A stretch of 63,429 nucleotides of DNA, counting the filler, from Sphacelaria rigidula (lineage: Eukaryota), in NCBI GenBank assembly GCA_964200075.2. It is 6 parts of 6 records of this genome, joined end to end, with 100 filler letters (N's around TTAATTAATTAA, not from the genome) between each part and the next. Parts side by side here need not be neighbours in the genome. Positions count along the whole stretch, not along the records: positions 52,943 to 63,429 come from CAXNAA020006412.1; 5 more parts are not named here. One strand, 5' to 3'. The notes below the pieces were generated by a model. The model had not been told where the DNA came from. It saw only the letters and a list, made by a program, of their open reading frames with translations, and ran no database searches. Positions 52,943-63,429 of this stretch are shown here, piece after piece (within the stretch, counting starts at the first letter, position 1; each line of letters starts with the position of its first letter). Made by a program: the position numbers and the translations under genes.

Positions 52943-53824
52943 TCAGTCTAAAATGGTGTAAGTTCCATACGACAATCTTTACCTACAAATCAAAACGCGG
53001 TTGGGGGGTAGTTTGGGGGCTATACTCATGATCTTGCATACCGTAGTCATATGACCATATTGCCTTCGCATTCCTAGTAAGCTGGGACGGAGCACGCCGG
53101 GTTTCAGCCGAATCAGGCTCGCAGAGTGGTGTTGCTTGTTTTAGTCGTTTGACCATTGGGTGTGTGGGGCAGGGGATATGTGACGTTGGCAACATCCGTG
53201 GTGGTTTCAGCTCGACAGGTGCCGCGAGGAGCATCCTTTACGCTGCAATAGCACGTGCGCTTCCCCTCGCGAATCAGCAGAGAGGTCCGGGGCGATATCG
53301 TGACATGCTCGACACAAGATGACTGCACATGTCCCCGACCCCATCCGTTCATCGGTGGAAGAGCCGCGGTATGAGAAATGCAAGACCACAGGATATTTGC
53401 CCCGAATACGCCGACTAATCGTTGGCGCCGTGAGCGGATAGACCCAGAATTGTATTTCCCAACAAGATACGCCGGGTTTGGTCGTTGTGTTTGGTAAACG
53501 GCACGGGAGCCGGTAAAATATTCAATTCTGCGCGTGCCATGGTTGCTATTGCTGGAGGTTCGGGTAGCGCACGCGCCGCTACGTGTACGTAGGTTACTGA
53601 AGGCAGTTCGCACCGGCCTAGAAAAGGTGGGCAGGGCAGTCCAGAAAAAGGTATTTAGGAAGAAGAAAAACTAGAAGATAGGAATGTACCGGTCAAAATC
53701 TGGAATATGTGGCGTAAGACTGGTTTCGGTCAACGGATGCTCTTTTGCTCGTGGCCGAACGAGGTGGGAGTGAATGTTCCTTGTTTTCTTTCGAGGCCCG
53801 GGTGCAGCACATATCTCCAATTGA

Positions 53825-54184
53825 TGTGTGTGTATGTTGTGTGTCGTCATCCCATTTATTCTGGACGTCGGTCTACACCTCTCGGTATATGTGGGCGCAC
53901 CAGCCGGGAGAGGAAGAGGGCCAACACAGGAGCTTTTTTCTTTCATTTGTTCTAGTTCTCCACCTTCTTTTTGCGGTGTTCGCCTTTATTCTTTATCGCG
54001 AGAGGGAGTCAGCGCTCCATTTCCCTCATCGACCGTCAAGTCGAGTTTTGCGTACCCACGACATAGTCGCTCTCCATTGTTGGACACTGTGTGAGAGAAA
54101 TTCCAGATCGCTCCGAGACTCGAACCCACGACCCGACGGTCAGAAGTTTTCGAGGTTACCAACTAAGCCACCGGGGCGACCGGT
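53825..54184 (-). mobile_element. tRNA-derived SINE ('family A')
   Basis: Minus-strand A box TGGCTTAGTTGG (54159-54170) and B box GGTTCGAGTC (54117-54126). The 3' end GTGTAGACCGACGTCCAGAATAAATGGGATGACGAC is followed by an (AC)n tail. A second copy lies at ~55126-55445. Confidence 0.8.
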
Positions 54185-54799
54185 TATTGCCTGAAGAAAT
54201 CAGAGAGAAAACGTGTGGCATTTCTTTTTTTTCCAATCTCGCGTCTTTTGATCCAAAATAGTACCCTTTTTCAGGGCGGAAAACACGAAAGTACACCTTT
54301 TCTAGACTTACGCCAAAAAGACTACAAGTCAAGGACGCGGCGCAAAACGCTTGCACGGTCGTCACTGGGGATCAGACAAACATTTTGAGACGCAAAGTTT
54401 CGCCGAACATTTCAGGACATCCGCATCACATAACCAGACACTGTTTTTTTCTTTTCCAAATATACACTGACTCCATCAGAGTACGCTCGCTAGATAGTCT
54501 GGCCGAGTGCGTTTGCTTCTCCACATCGGGCAAGGGTTAACGATATGTACAAGCAGTTGTTCAAGTCTTTCCGCTTCTGGAGTGTTCCGTTTGGGCACCA
54601 CTTTTTTGCGGGGCAACCTTGCGAAAACAGCCATTGCAAACTCATTCCCTGACAGCGTCGAAGCCTAAACGAGAAAGTCATACAAATCATACGCGACGGA
54701 GTAAAAACGACCGAGATGTCTATCGAACATTATACTGTTAGAGGGGCAGCAGGGGACTCAGCAAGATAGAAATTCTGACCTCCGCCCCCATTCCCTTCT

Positions 54800-55445
54800 T
54801 TTTGTTGTTGTCGCACTTCAAACCCCTCCCCTTCCTCGAGACGAGTCCGTGGTCTCAAGGGATTATCAACTCATCTCTCCCCGGTACACGCCTTGTATTT
54901 TGGTCTCGCGAATTGGGTCAGCACTCCCGCACTGCGTCAACTCTCGTCAAACAAATTCACTCAACTGCGCTTCGTACTCACAACCCCCTCGACTTCAACG
55001 GTAGAAATCAGATCATTCGAAGAAACACCCAACGAATCTGGCGGGTATCGAAGCCATGTTCTTTTCTCTCCACCCTAATGGTGTCAGTCGGATGATGACC
55101 ATTACACCATCAGGGCGCGGCGGCCTTTTGTTGTCATCCCCTTTATTCTGGACGCCAGTCTACACCTTCCGGTATGTGCGGACGATTCAGTTGGGGTTAC
55201 ACAGGAAAGTCAGCACATGAGTTACCTTTGTTTTATTACAGCAATCCATCTTCCTCTTGAGGTGGTTGCCTGCCGCTCTTTTTTTTCGCGAGAGGGGTTC
55301 AGCGGTCCCTTTTCCCTCGTCGACCGTGAAGTCGAACGTTGTATATCCAGGAAACAGCCGTTTTCCACAATTGGGCATGATGGGAGAAGAAATCCCAGGT
55401 CGTGCGACTTCACCAAGATTCGAACCCACGCCCCAACCGTCAGAT
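54800..55445 (-). mobile_element. Abutting tRNA-SINEs: family B (54800-55124) and family A (55126-55445)
   Basis: Homologous to 24440-24738 and 53825-54184 respectively. Confidence 0.75.
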
Positions 55446-58400
55446 CATTTCAACTTTTCCACGGTTAGGACGAATATCACGGGTTCGAATCACCAAATCC
55501 ACGATTTCTTCGCCCTGAATGCCCAAAAGGGAGAAAAAAGTTGACCGCTGATCCAAGGGGTATCGACGCAACTTTTGCGCCATTTTACGTGTCGGGGCTG
55601 CGTGTACCTGGGTTGCAACGCTGAAAACAAAGCCTCGGGATTGATTGATACGATTCGAATCAATAAAACTAAAACCAAGTATTTTCCAGACAACTCATTA
55701 TTTGTCCGACCCCTGAAGTTTTCCAACCAGCGGTATTCTTTTCCAATATTATGGGGTTGTTTTACGAAGGTTTTGATTAATACTCCGCGGCGCCCGTTGG
55801 AGACGGTCATGCTCCAAGGCGTAAAATATGCTGAGACTAGAGCGGTGGATGTCCTTGGAAGAGACGGATCCACGTCAGGACGGCCAGGTGGCGCTACAGA
55901 CAACCGCGCAGGCTGAGGCGCCCGGATGGCAAAGGATACATGTCAAGTGGGAGGGAAGAAGCACTTAATACACAAAATGTATCGCGGTCCAATAATACCC
56001 GACGAAGTCGACTCTGTGCTTCTAGACGGCAGTACAATGGGTACTGCAGTGCCGACCATACGATGGGAACCACGCTTGGGCAGGTCTACAATACCCACGA
56101 TCCATCCGTGAAGATTGCAAATAGCATTCTGTCCTATCTGGGACCAATTCAAATTGTGAAAAAAAACTTTCCAAAAGGGCGATCACGCGCCCATGAGAGA
56201 AAGCTCAAGATATTCACGTGGGAGCGTTTGCGCTAAGAATTTCTGGTTGTTTCTGATAAAAGAATGCTACAGCACCCTGCCCTGTACTCATCAGACCGTC
56301 GTGGTAGCCGGCCAGATGAGTCTGGCACTGTCTGGAAGGAAGCGTCGCCACCTTCCGGAACAGGTTCACAGTGGTGCTTGGTAGGAGACACTCTTCTATT
56401 CGGCTACGCTCTACGGCCGCGTCTTGCTCGACACGGCATATAAAACCCAATGGTATCTGCCTCTAAAATACGGCGAACCTTGACTGGTGGTTCTTTACGG
56501 TGTTGCTGCCAGTCTCGACCGACAAGCGGCCGATCAAGACGACAACGGTGGCAAGATCTGCCACTACCTCCGCGCGAACTTCGCATCGTTTCACTCTAAA
56601 ATTGTCATTAGAAACTGATTATATGTTTCGAAACAACTCACCATCGTACATCATCATCCTTTCAAATTGCGCAGCGCACAAAACGCCTTCGGTCACCGAA
56701 ACTGCTGCGTCAACATCTACCTGCGGCTGCAAGCCGCACATACATAGAGATACTGTACAGCATTATCAGACGCCAGGTTTGCTGTGTTTCGGCGCCTGAT
56801 CCTCCAAAATACCGCCTCCATATTATTGAAAAGGAAGAACACTGCAACAGAGCCACCGGGGTGACCAGCTACTTGCAGGAAACTTGCGGAGGGAATTTTT
56901 CAATTTTGGGAGTCCAAAGTTGCAAATTAGTGGAGTACCCGGGAAAAATTATCCATACCATCGTGCTCCCGCACGTTTGTACTCAGTCTTCACATAAACC
57001 TGCGCATCCGGTTGTCACTGCGGGCGCCACGCAACATTGCAAGCATGCGTGGACGCCTTCCCTACAGATTGAACAGCACAAGCAGTGGTACAGCTGACAT
57101 GCCGTAGAGGTTACGAGTTTCATTTAACTTACGGGTGTGTCACATACTTGTTTTGTGAGGCAAAGCGGAAAAATTCGCCTCTTCTTGAGTCCGTGATTTG
57201 ATCCGCAAAACCGTAAATGGTTGACACACTCTTGCCACTGCCGAACCTCAACTCTAAATCCTGACTCCACCGCCAATCCCGCACCGACCGAGGGACCCTC
57301 GGCCACGGGGGGTGCAGAAGCTACCTAAGGCAAGACGTTAGTTGGCAGAGCGGCGCAGAAACGTGTGAAGTGCAAGCTTGCTGGTGAGCGCTTGAGACTG
57401 TACTGTCAGCCTGGTGGAAACTCGCGTACTATTCCAACACTACTGCACCGCCTCTACCCTGACCTCGTGTCTTCGTGCACATAGTAGGGTCGTCTAGAGA
57501 AGCTCTACTAAAATGCCTCCCGTGTATCATACGATATGTACAGTACAAACAGTACAACAGCGATGTATAATGCAACTTCTGGATAGCTTGGCGGTGCATA
57601 GACCATGGTCAAAGGGAGATCACCTCGGTAGACTTGATCGTTACGCAGGGCCCGTTATGCAGGGCTGGAGCAATCTAGTTTGAGGGTTCAGATCACCGAA
57701 GCAGGCGATATTTCTGTAGGAATTAATTACTCGTCTTTTTACTCCCGTCAGCTCTTTAAAGCATCGCGGTATTGCCTGAAAAACAAATTCTACGCCGTTG
57801 AAAATGCATAGTGGAGAATTCTCTGGTGACGGGATCATTCGGGAGTGCAGTGTTTTTCATCTTCGAGGAAGCACATGTTGAAAAATAAATTACTAGGGGT
57901 GTAATCCCCCGTACTCTCAAAGATCAAATTTGAATGTCGGAAAAATGAGAAAACTGGATAAAATTCCATCGATCTGATTCATTTGATCTATCAATCCAAA
58001 ACATACCTATAGGATGTGCCATCGATGACTCATACCTTGCGAGAGATATCTTCGAGGTTTGGATTGATCAACCGTTGCCTCGATCACACGAGGCTGAAGC
58101 TAGCAAATATAAGTCCGTTCAGAGGAGAGCGGTGATGGAAGAGATGTGCAGGTGCAACTTGGGTTTTGTGCACGTTCTTTATAATTGTTTTCGCCTGAAA
58201 TCTAAATCGATCACACCCGCAGCCAATGATATCTTGATGTGGTCTGCAGAAGGTATGTATGCTTTTATTTTGGAACATTCTTGGTTCAAATCATCCTCAA
58301 CATCAATAAAATATCACATAACTATCACCATTCATCGGTCAAAAAAATAAAGGTACCACGATATCACGAGATGAGATTCAATACGAAAAACACGGAGGAT

Positions 58401-58521
58401 CATGACTTACGACAACTGTTTCTGCGATGTTCGGTACGAGTTTCGGAACAGTTAAACTCTTGCCGATGGTGGCAAGCTACAAGACAGAGTTGAACACGGT
58501 AGAGTAGAGCAGGACAGGAAG

Positions 58522-61500
58522 ATGAACCTGAAGGAGCATGTACTGGAAGAGCTGGTAAGCCCACAATATACTGAAACGGCGAATGATAGTGTCTTGGATG
58601 ATGGGTGGATTTGTATTTCTGGCACAAGCTCGTTGACAAAGTCGATTGATTCTGTTTCGGTTTCTCAGCGGTACGGTAAGTGACGGGGTATAATACCCCC
58701 CTCCTGTAACATTTTGTTGCCCCCCTCGATATTCTCGAGAGGGGTAACTCCTCAATGAAAAATCATGCCATTCATTATAAGTTATTTCTCAACGAAATGT
58801 TTCTAGCGAGGGAAGTTGTGGTATCGCTCGTGTCTTGAGGTTTGAAAAACTGGGGTTGAAGAATATTTCACCAGGGGGGTGTTATACACCGTCGTATGTC
58901 ATGTGTTCTTTTGTCGAGTAAATGGACCCGTCGGATCCCCGCGAGACCACCTCCGGCACTCCACCTCAGCTGCAATTCTGCAGTATGGTCAACGGTAGGA
59001 GCAACAACAATCTTCTCGCAGGATAAAAAATGTGCTGTGTACAGCAACTTGATTAACCCGCGGCGTCCCATCCCTTGCTCACGTTGGCGGCGGGTGACAC
59101 GTGACAGGAGCTTCACGAGTTCCACGTTCGCGATGCGCTGCAGTGCCTGCTGCACAGCATACTCTTCGTTCGCGCACCAGGGGCTCTGCGACCTCGCGAG
59201 GTGAGATAGGGCGCAGGAAAGAGCAAGCTAGGCTACATATCGTTCAGCAAGCGTACTGCGGTGTGTTGTCGGCACTTCATTTCTGCGACACCTGAAGTCC
59301 CCTAACGTTCTCCGTGTCTCCAGAAGCCTGGTTCAAAATATCGTGTACGTATGTTGAATGGTCCGCAGAACGACGCTCATCAGCAATTTCCGATCCAGTT
59401 CTTTGTGACTCAAGACCGAAACAAAGTCATCCAGTTGCTGCCAGGAACAAGAGTCCAAAGAATTGTCAGTCTCGTGTGTCGCGTTGGCTGTCCAACTTTT
59501 CTAACGTATGATCAAGTCCAACTATTGTGATTCCCACAATCCTCTTGAAGTGATAGGTAATATGAGCAAAAAAATGAGCCTCGTTTGAAAAAGCTTCGCA
59601 TAAGGTGTACTGCACTGGAGTGGGTGGATTTCAGATATCATGAGCTTTTCGAAAAACAGGGGGGTCCCCCGGGAAAGGTCAAGACGCAGATAACGCGAAG
59701 GGTTGTCATCATCGGGTTAAATGCAGTACCTAATCGCTATCCGTGCCCCCTCCTTCCTGCTCTTCAACCCTCCTGCTCGCTGTTGGTTTCAATTCATGAC
59801 CCAAACATGACGCATCGGGGGCGCACATCGTACGCAGTCGCACTGCGAAAACTTCGGAGTTTCGTTCGCCCGCTGTGGAGCACGGGATGTCGACGTTGCG
59901 GTGAGAGAGAGACAAGTGGCAATCGCAGCACCTGCCAATTGAAGTACAGTAGTCAGGATTCCGTACGTCATTCCATCGGTGATATTTTGCGGGGCATTGG
60001 CAAGCGACTCGTCGTAATGACGGCAATGCACGACTAAAGTCAAGAGTCGAGCGTCGGTGTTGCCGTATTTATGGGGGGTACACCGTCCTGCAGGAGAAGT
60101 CCAAATGTTGGTGTGGAGTGGCGATTAAGCTTAGCAGGGAAGACGTGGAAAAGGCTGTCGCTTGTTATTGCGAGACAACGTTCATCCACAAGAAAACGTT
60201 TCCAGGGGACCACTGGGCAGGACTGTGAATGTGCACGACGTCAGAAAAAGGTTTGTGGTTTTGTTCTTGACGATACTCAGCGGCATGAGGGGTTTTGACC
60301 TTGCTTGATTTCTTCTTCTTCTGATGCTGCTGCTGCGGGTGCAGGTGGATCGAGCTCTGGAAGACTTTTGGCGTAGCTTGCGCCCCGCCGGGCCGGACCT
60401 GGCGAAGGGTTGGATAGCCGTGAGCTTTTTTATGCGCCGAGTGAGTTCCCGCGGTCGTTTTTTTCTTCGTTCCCCCGTATCATGTGGCAGCACTTCTTCG
60501 CGGCCTGGAGCTTTCAATGCCCGACTCTCTTCTCAGGGGCATGTCCAGTGCGTTCGTCACGTTGTAGTACCTCCGTCCTGCTATGTTGCTTGCACTGTCG
60601 GTGCGTACATACGGACGAAAGCGAGATAGGGAGGGAGTAGTTTGCGGTCGTTATTGTGTCTACTTCGTGACACAAAGGGTGACCGTGAACTACATGTCGC
60701 TCCGCTCAGCTTCTTGGGCCACCCTCTCATGGTCCCCTCCCCCCCGTTTCACTGCCTACCGAAATGAATACAAACCACACCGATCCCCTCCAATGCAGGT
60801 GAAGAAATCGTTTGGATTATTTCTAAAAGAGGAGAAGGTAGTGTGGGAGCAGTGGGTGATCCCCGTCCTGGTAAACACGTCCCCGCGCCCAACCGAGGAT
60901 GACGACACCTCTGGTAAGCACCAGTACGCTTCCCCCGCACGCCACCCTCGAAACGCCTTCGTACAGTAAACGGGCCACATCTTCCAATGGCAGGTTGTCT
61001 CGTGTCATACCTATCTTTCCCGCCACCCCGGCCTGCGATCAGAAAGGAGAAAGAGATATACCAGTCGTCGAAAGGAGGAGGAAGTAGATGCACAGAACTG
61101 CCTCTGTGGCAAAGCAACAGAGCAGAAGTCATCTAGAGGCAGAATGTGAACCATACAAGGAGGAACGGGGTGCGCTCGAGAGGGATATGCGGGACGTGAA
61201 CGAAGATAGCGTGAAATCGCTTGATGCATTAGACAGTAGGGAGAAAACGATGGCTTTACTAGGAGATGGATGGTGGCCAGAGACGGCGAAACAGGACGGA
61301 GATGAGATAAAAGGATTTTGTGTAATGTATGGAAGAAACGTAATGAGCGCCAGAATGTTGGCGGTGTCTCTATTAGGAGTAGGAACGGTGCTCCGTCTCG
61401 AAAGGGATGCGTGGTCAATGGTCAAACGACTAAGGCAAGCAACAAATGAGTACGCCCCCCGCTTGCGATCAACTGATTTGTTGTACAAAATAGATAAAGC

Positions 61501-62327
61501 TGACACGAAGAGTTTGTACTGGGGTTTTTCGGGACTGTATTTTTTCCGAAGGGTGATCGATACTTCCTTGCTGTCCTGTGATGTGTCTTCTCGCCCTTGT
61601 GCATCTAGTCTCTCCCTCGGGAGTGCTACCGCTGGGGTACACACGTGATGCTACTTCAATTCGTTGTTGGATTTTTTTTTTTTTGCTGTGCAGTTTTGGC
61701 TAGGTGTCGGATGCAGGAAACAACAGAAGAGCTTCTCCAGGGGCGCATGCTGGATATATTGAACAACGTCAACGCGTGCATAGATCACGTTCCGCCCGTG
61801 GGCACGGAGTACGAGTTTGAGGTGTGGCTCGAGTGCAAACATGATCGGTCTTTCGTTTCCTCGTTGTTTTTTGCAGAAACGATCGTGTCTTAGAGAGGAA
61901 AAACGGAGTTCAGCACAACACAGCACACGTCTGACCTTATCAAGATCTCGCATAACCTACAAGCTGCATACTGCACACCATGCGTATCTTGTTTGCCCAG
62001 TTCGAAGCTCCTGGAATGTTCGACACGATGTCGAAGTACAGTTCGCGTGACTGTTCAACAACTCAGATGAACGCAAGTTGTTCAAGAACAATGTTGGTTT
62101 CATCACTTTCTCGGCATATCTTGTAGTACTAAGTATTGGTGACCTCGAGGCGTTTTCTCGTTCCGGATGCTTGTTTTTGCTTTGTGTTTCTTATTCCGAC
62201 TCTCCATCCCCTGTATTATTTCGCGTGTCTTGTCAACCATGCTCAGATTGCGTCGGCGCCGAAAGGAGATCGGCGAGAATCGGTCTACGCCAGGTTGATG
62301 CAAACGCCTTCTCCGTTGAACTTGTGA
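58522..62327 (+). CDS. ATG101: Autophagy-related protein 101, 7 exons, with an apparent 1-nt frameshift at the end of exon 2
   Basis: Exons 58522-58554 (MNLKEHVLEEL), 59108-59199 (ELHEFHVRDALQCLLHSILFVRAPG..), 59838-59900 (SHCENFGVSFARCG..), 60345-60440 (VDRALEDFW..GWIAVSFFMRR), 60799-60913 (VKKSFGLF..WEQWVI), 61694-61821 (..ILNNVNACIDHVPP..YEFE) and 62247-62327. The motifs LHxILFxR, WEQW and VN...DHVPP match Atg101. The exons sum to 608 nt. Confidence 0.9.
58682..58893. mobile_element. Small MITE-like element in ATG101 intron 1
   Basis: The left end GACGGGGTATAATACCCCC pairs with the right end GGGGGTGTTATACACCGTC. No clear TSD. Confidence 0.5.
61020..61460 (+). mobile_element. 3' end of a LINE (ORF2 C-terminal CCHC knuckle plus 3' tail) in ATG101 intron 5
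   Basis: ERRKRYTS..EEEVDAQNCLCGKAT/SRSHLEAECEPYKEER (frameshifted C-x-C...H-x4-C), ...LLGDGWWP. It ends AGGCAAGCAACAAATGAGTACGCCCCCC; a related tail lies at ~34290-34370. Confidence 0.75.
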
Positions 62328-63038
62328 TAGAGATGTCTTTCGGGCAGTGTTCACTACCGTCTCCGTCTGCTGTGTCGTTTACTGCTCCACTAGCAGTAGC
62401 ACGTGTGGATAGATCCAAGGGTCTTGTTTTTTTCGTTACAAGTGTCATTTGAACGCGCCACCATCTTTGCTTTGCTTCTTGTTTCCTGTTTGTTTGTTTC
62501 TCCTGGTTTTACAATTCTTGCAACTTTGGCTGACGTGTCCCAGAACGCCCGAGCCGCTTGTAGTGCAGGCATAGGGCACGCGATTGCCCTTGCTGTATAT
62601 GCCCTGTACTATTTAGCACCTGATGCGGCCTTTTCCCGAGGGTCGCTAGTAGCGCTGTCGCCGGGTGATGTATCTGCCCCGGCCAGGATTTGTGTGTCGA
62701 CTTTGTCAGGCCGCAACTGAGGCGCAGGTCTGCGCGCCACTTTTATCCTGTTGTACTCTCGGGGAGAGTTGCGATGGGCAGAGACCGTGCGATAGTATTG
62801 CAGGCAATGCGGATAAAGATCGAGGAAAAACTGCAGGCACTATTTTGCCCTTTCCGTTTCTGAGGCGAGGCAGCGACCAGCACAGGAAATAGTACAGCGC
62901 GGGTCGAAAAGTTTCGTGACTCGCGGCGTCGCAGTGTTGACGTAGAGAGACGTTAATGTTAGTGTTAGTCTTGAACTGTATTGTAAGTAAAGTTTTTATT
63001 TTTCATGTACAGTCAGTCCTCGCTTGTGATGTTCTGAT

Positions 63039-63305
63039 GAGCAATGCTACGGTAGGGGTGCACTCTTTTCGCGAAATTTTGTCTGGTTCAGGGGCTCCTA
63101 ACGATCCTAAACAAGAATATGGGGATGCCCTGGCCCCATATGGGATCCCCGTTTGCAGATTTATTCGGGATATCCGCAGCACATTGGAATAGTTATCCTG
63201 GCGTATTCTCAAATATTTTTATAAGTCGTGTTTTGGATGAGATAAGGGGCTTCTAACAATTCTAATATCAGGAATTATTTATGTACCCCTACCGTAGCAT
63301 CACTC
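63039..63305. mobile_element. MITE with ~24-bp TIRs, GAG...CTC termini and 4-bp TGAT TSD (Sola-like)
   Basis: TIRs GAGCAATGCTACGGTAGGGGTGCAC / GTACCCCTACCGTAGCATCACTC, with TGAT at 63035-63038 and 63306-63309. Confidence 0.75.
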
Positions 63306-63429
63306 TGATGTGCCCGTCTTACCCGGGAGGGGGGGGGGGGGGGGGGGGGTACCTTTTTTTTGTTTGCTTTTTTTGTTTCTCCTTTACCCCCCACCCCTTT
63401 CTGGGAGGGGGGGGGGGGGGGGGGAGGGG

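Noticed and set aside
54110..54184. Functional tRNA genes (also ~24665-24738 and ~55040-55124)
   Set aside because: A/B boxes are present but there is no complete cloverleaf or acceptor stem, and each continues into a repeated body and tail, as SINE heads do.
55900..57100. Protein-coding gene upstream of ATG101
   Set aside because: Only short interrupted frames, with no recognisable motif or convincing splice pattern.

Overview
Eukaryotic, intron-rich, repeat-rich DNA. The many short GT-AG exons, the GC content and the repeat types suggest a brown alga or other stramenopile (inference). The window is not one locus. It is six contigs of almost identical, decreasing length (10489, 10489, 10488, 10488, 10488, 10487 bp) joined by artificial 100-bp linkers (N44-TTAATTAATTAA-N44), so adjacency across linkers means nothing. 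Contig 1: degenerate Ty3/Gypsy LTR retrotransposon in permuted order (RNase H-integrase, then a non-coding region, then gag-protease-RT), with a striking 63-bp repeat array in the gag N-terminus. Contig 2: 3' exons of nucleoporin Nup58 and a complete 4-exon V-ATPase subunit G gene. Contig 3: internal exons of FACT subunit SSRP1. Contig 4: 3' exons of a CysQ-type 3'(2'),5'-bisphosphate nucleotidase, a convergent unknown last exon and a Tourist-like MITE. Contig 5: a 2.9-kb inverted duplication bracketing one metallophosphoesterase exon and an RTE LINE fragment. Contig 6: a 7-exon ATG101 gene with an apparent 1-nt frameshift, tRNA-derived SINEs, a LINE 3' end and a MITE. A SINE-like family sharing its 3' end with a LINE and ending in poly(C) occurs in contigs 2, 3, 4 and 6. 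All protein calls rest on motifs recognised by eye; no searches were run. I found no clearly novel system. The best candidates are the gag repeat array, the poly(C)-ending SINE/LINE pair and the exon-flanking inverted repeat.
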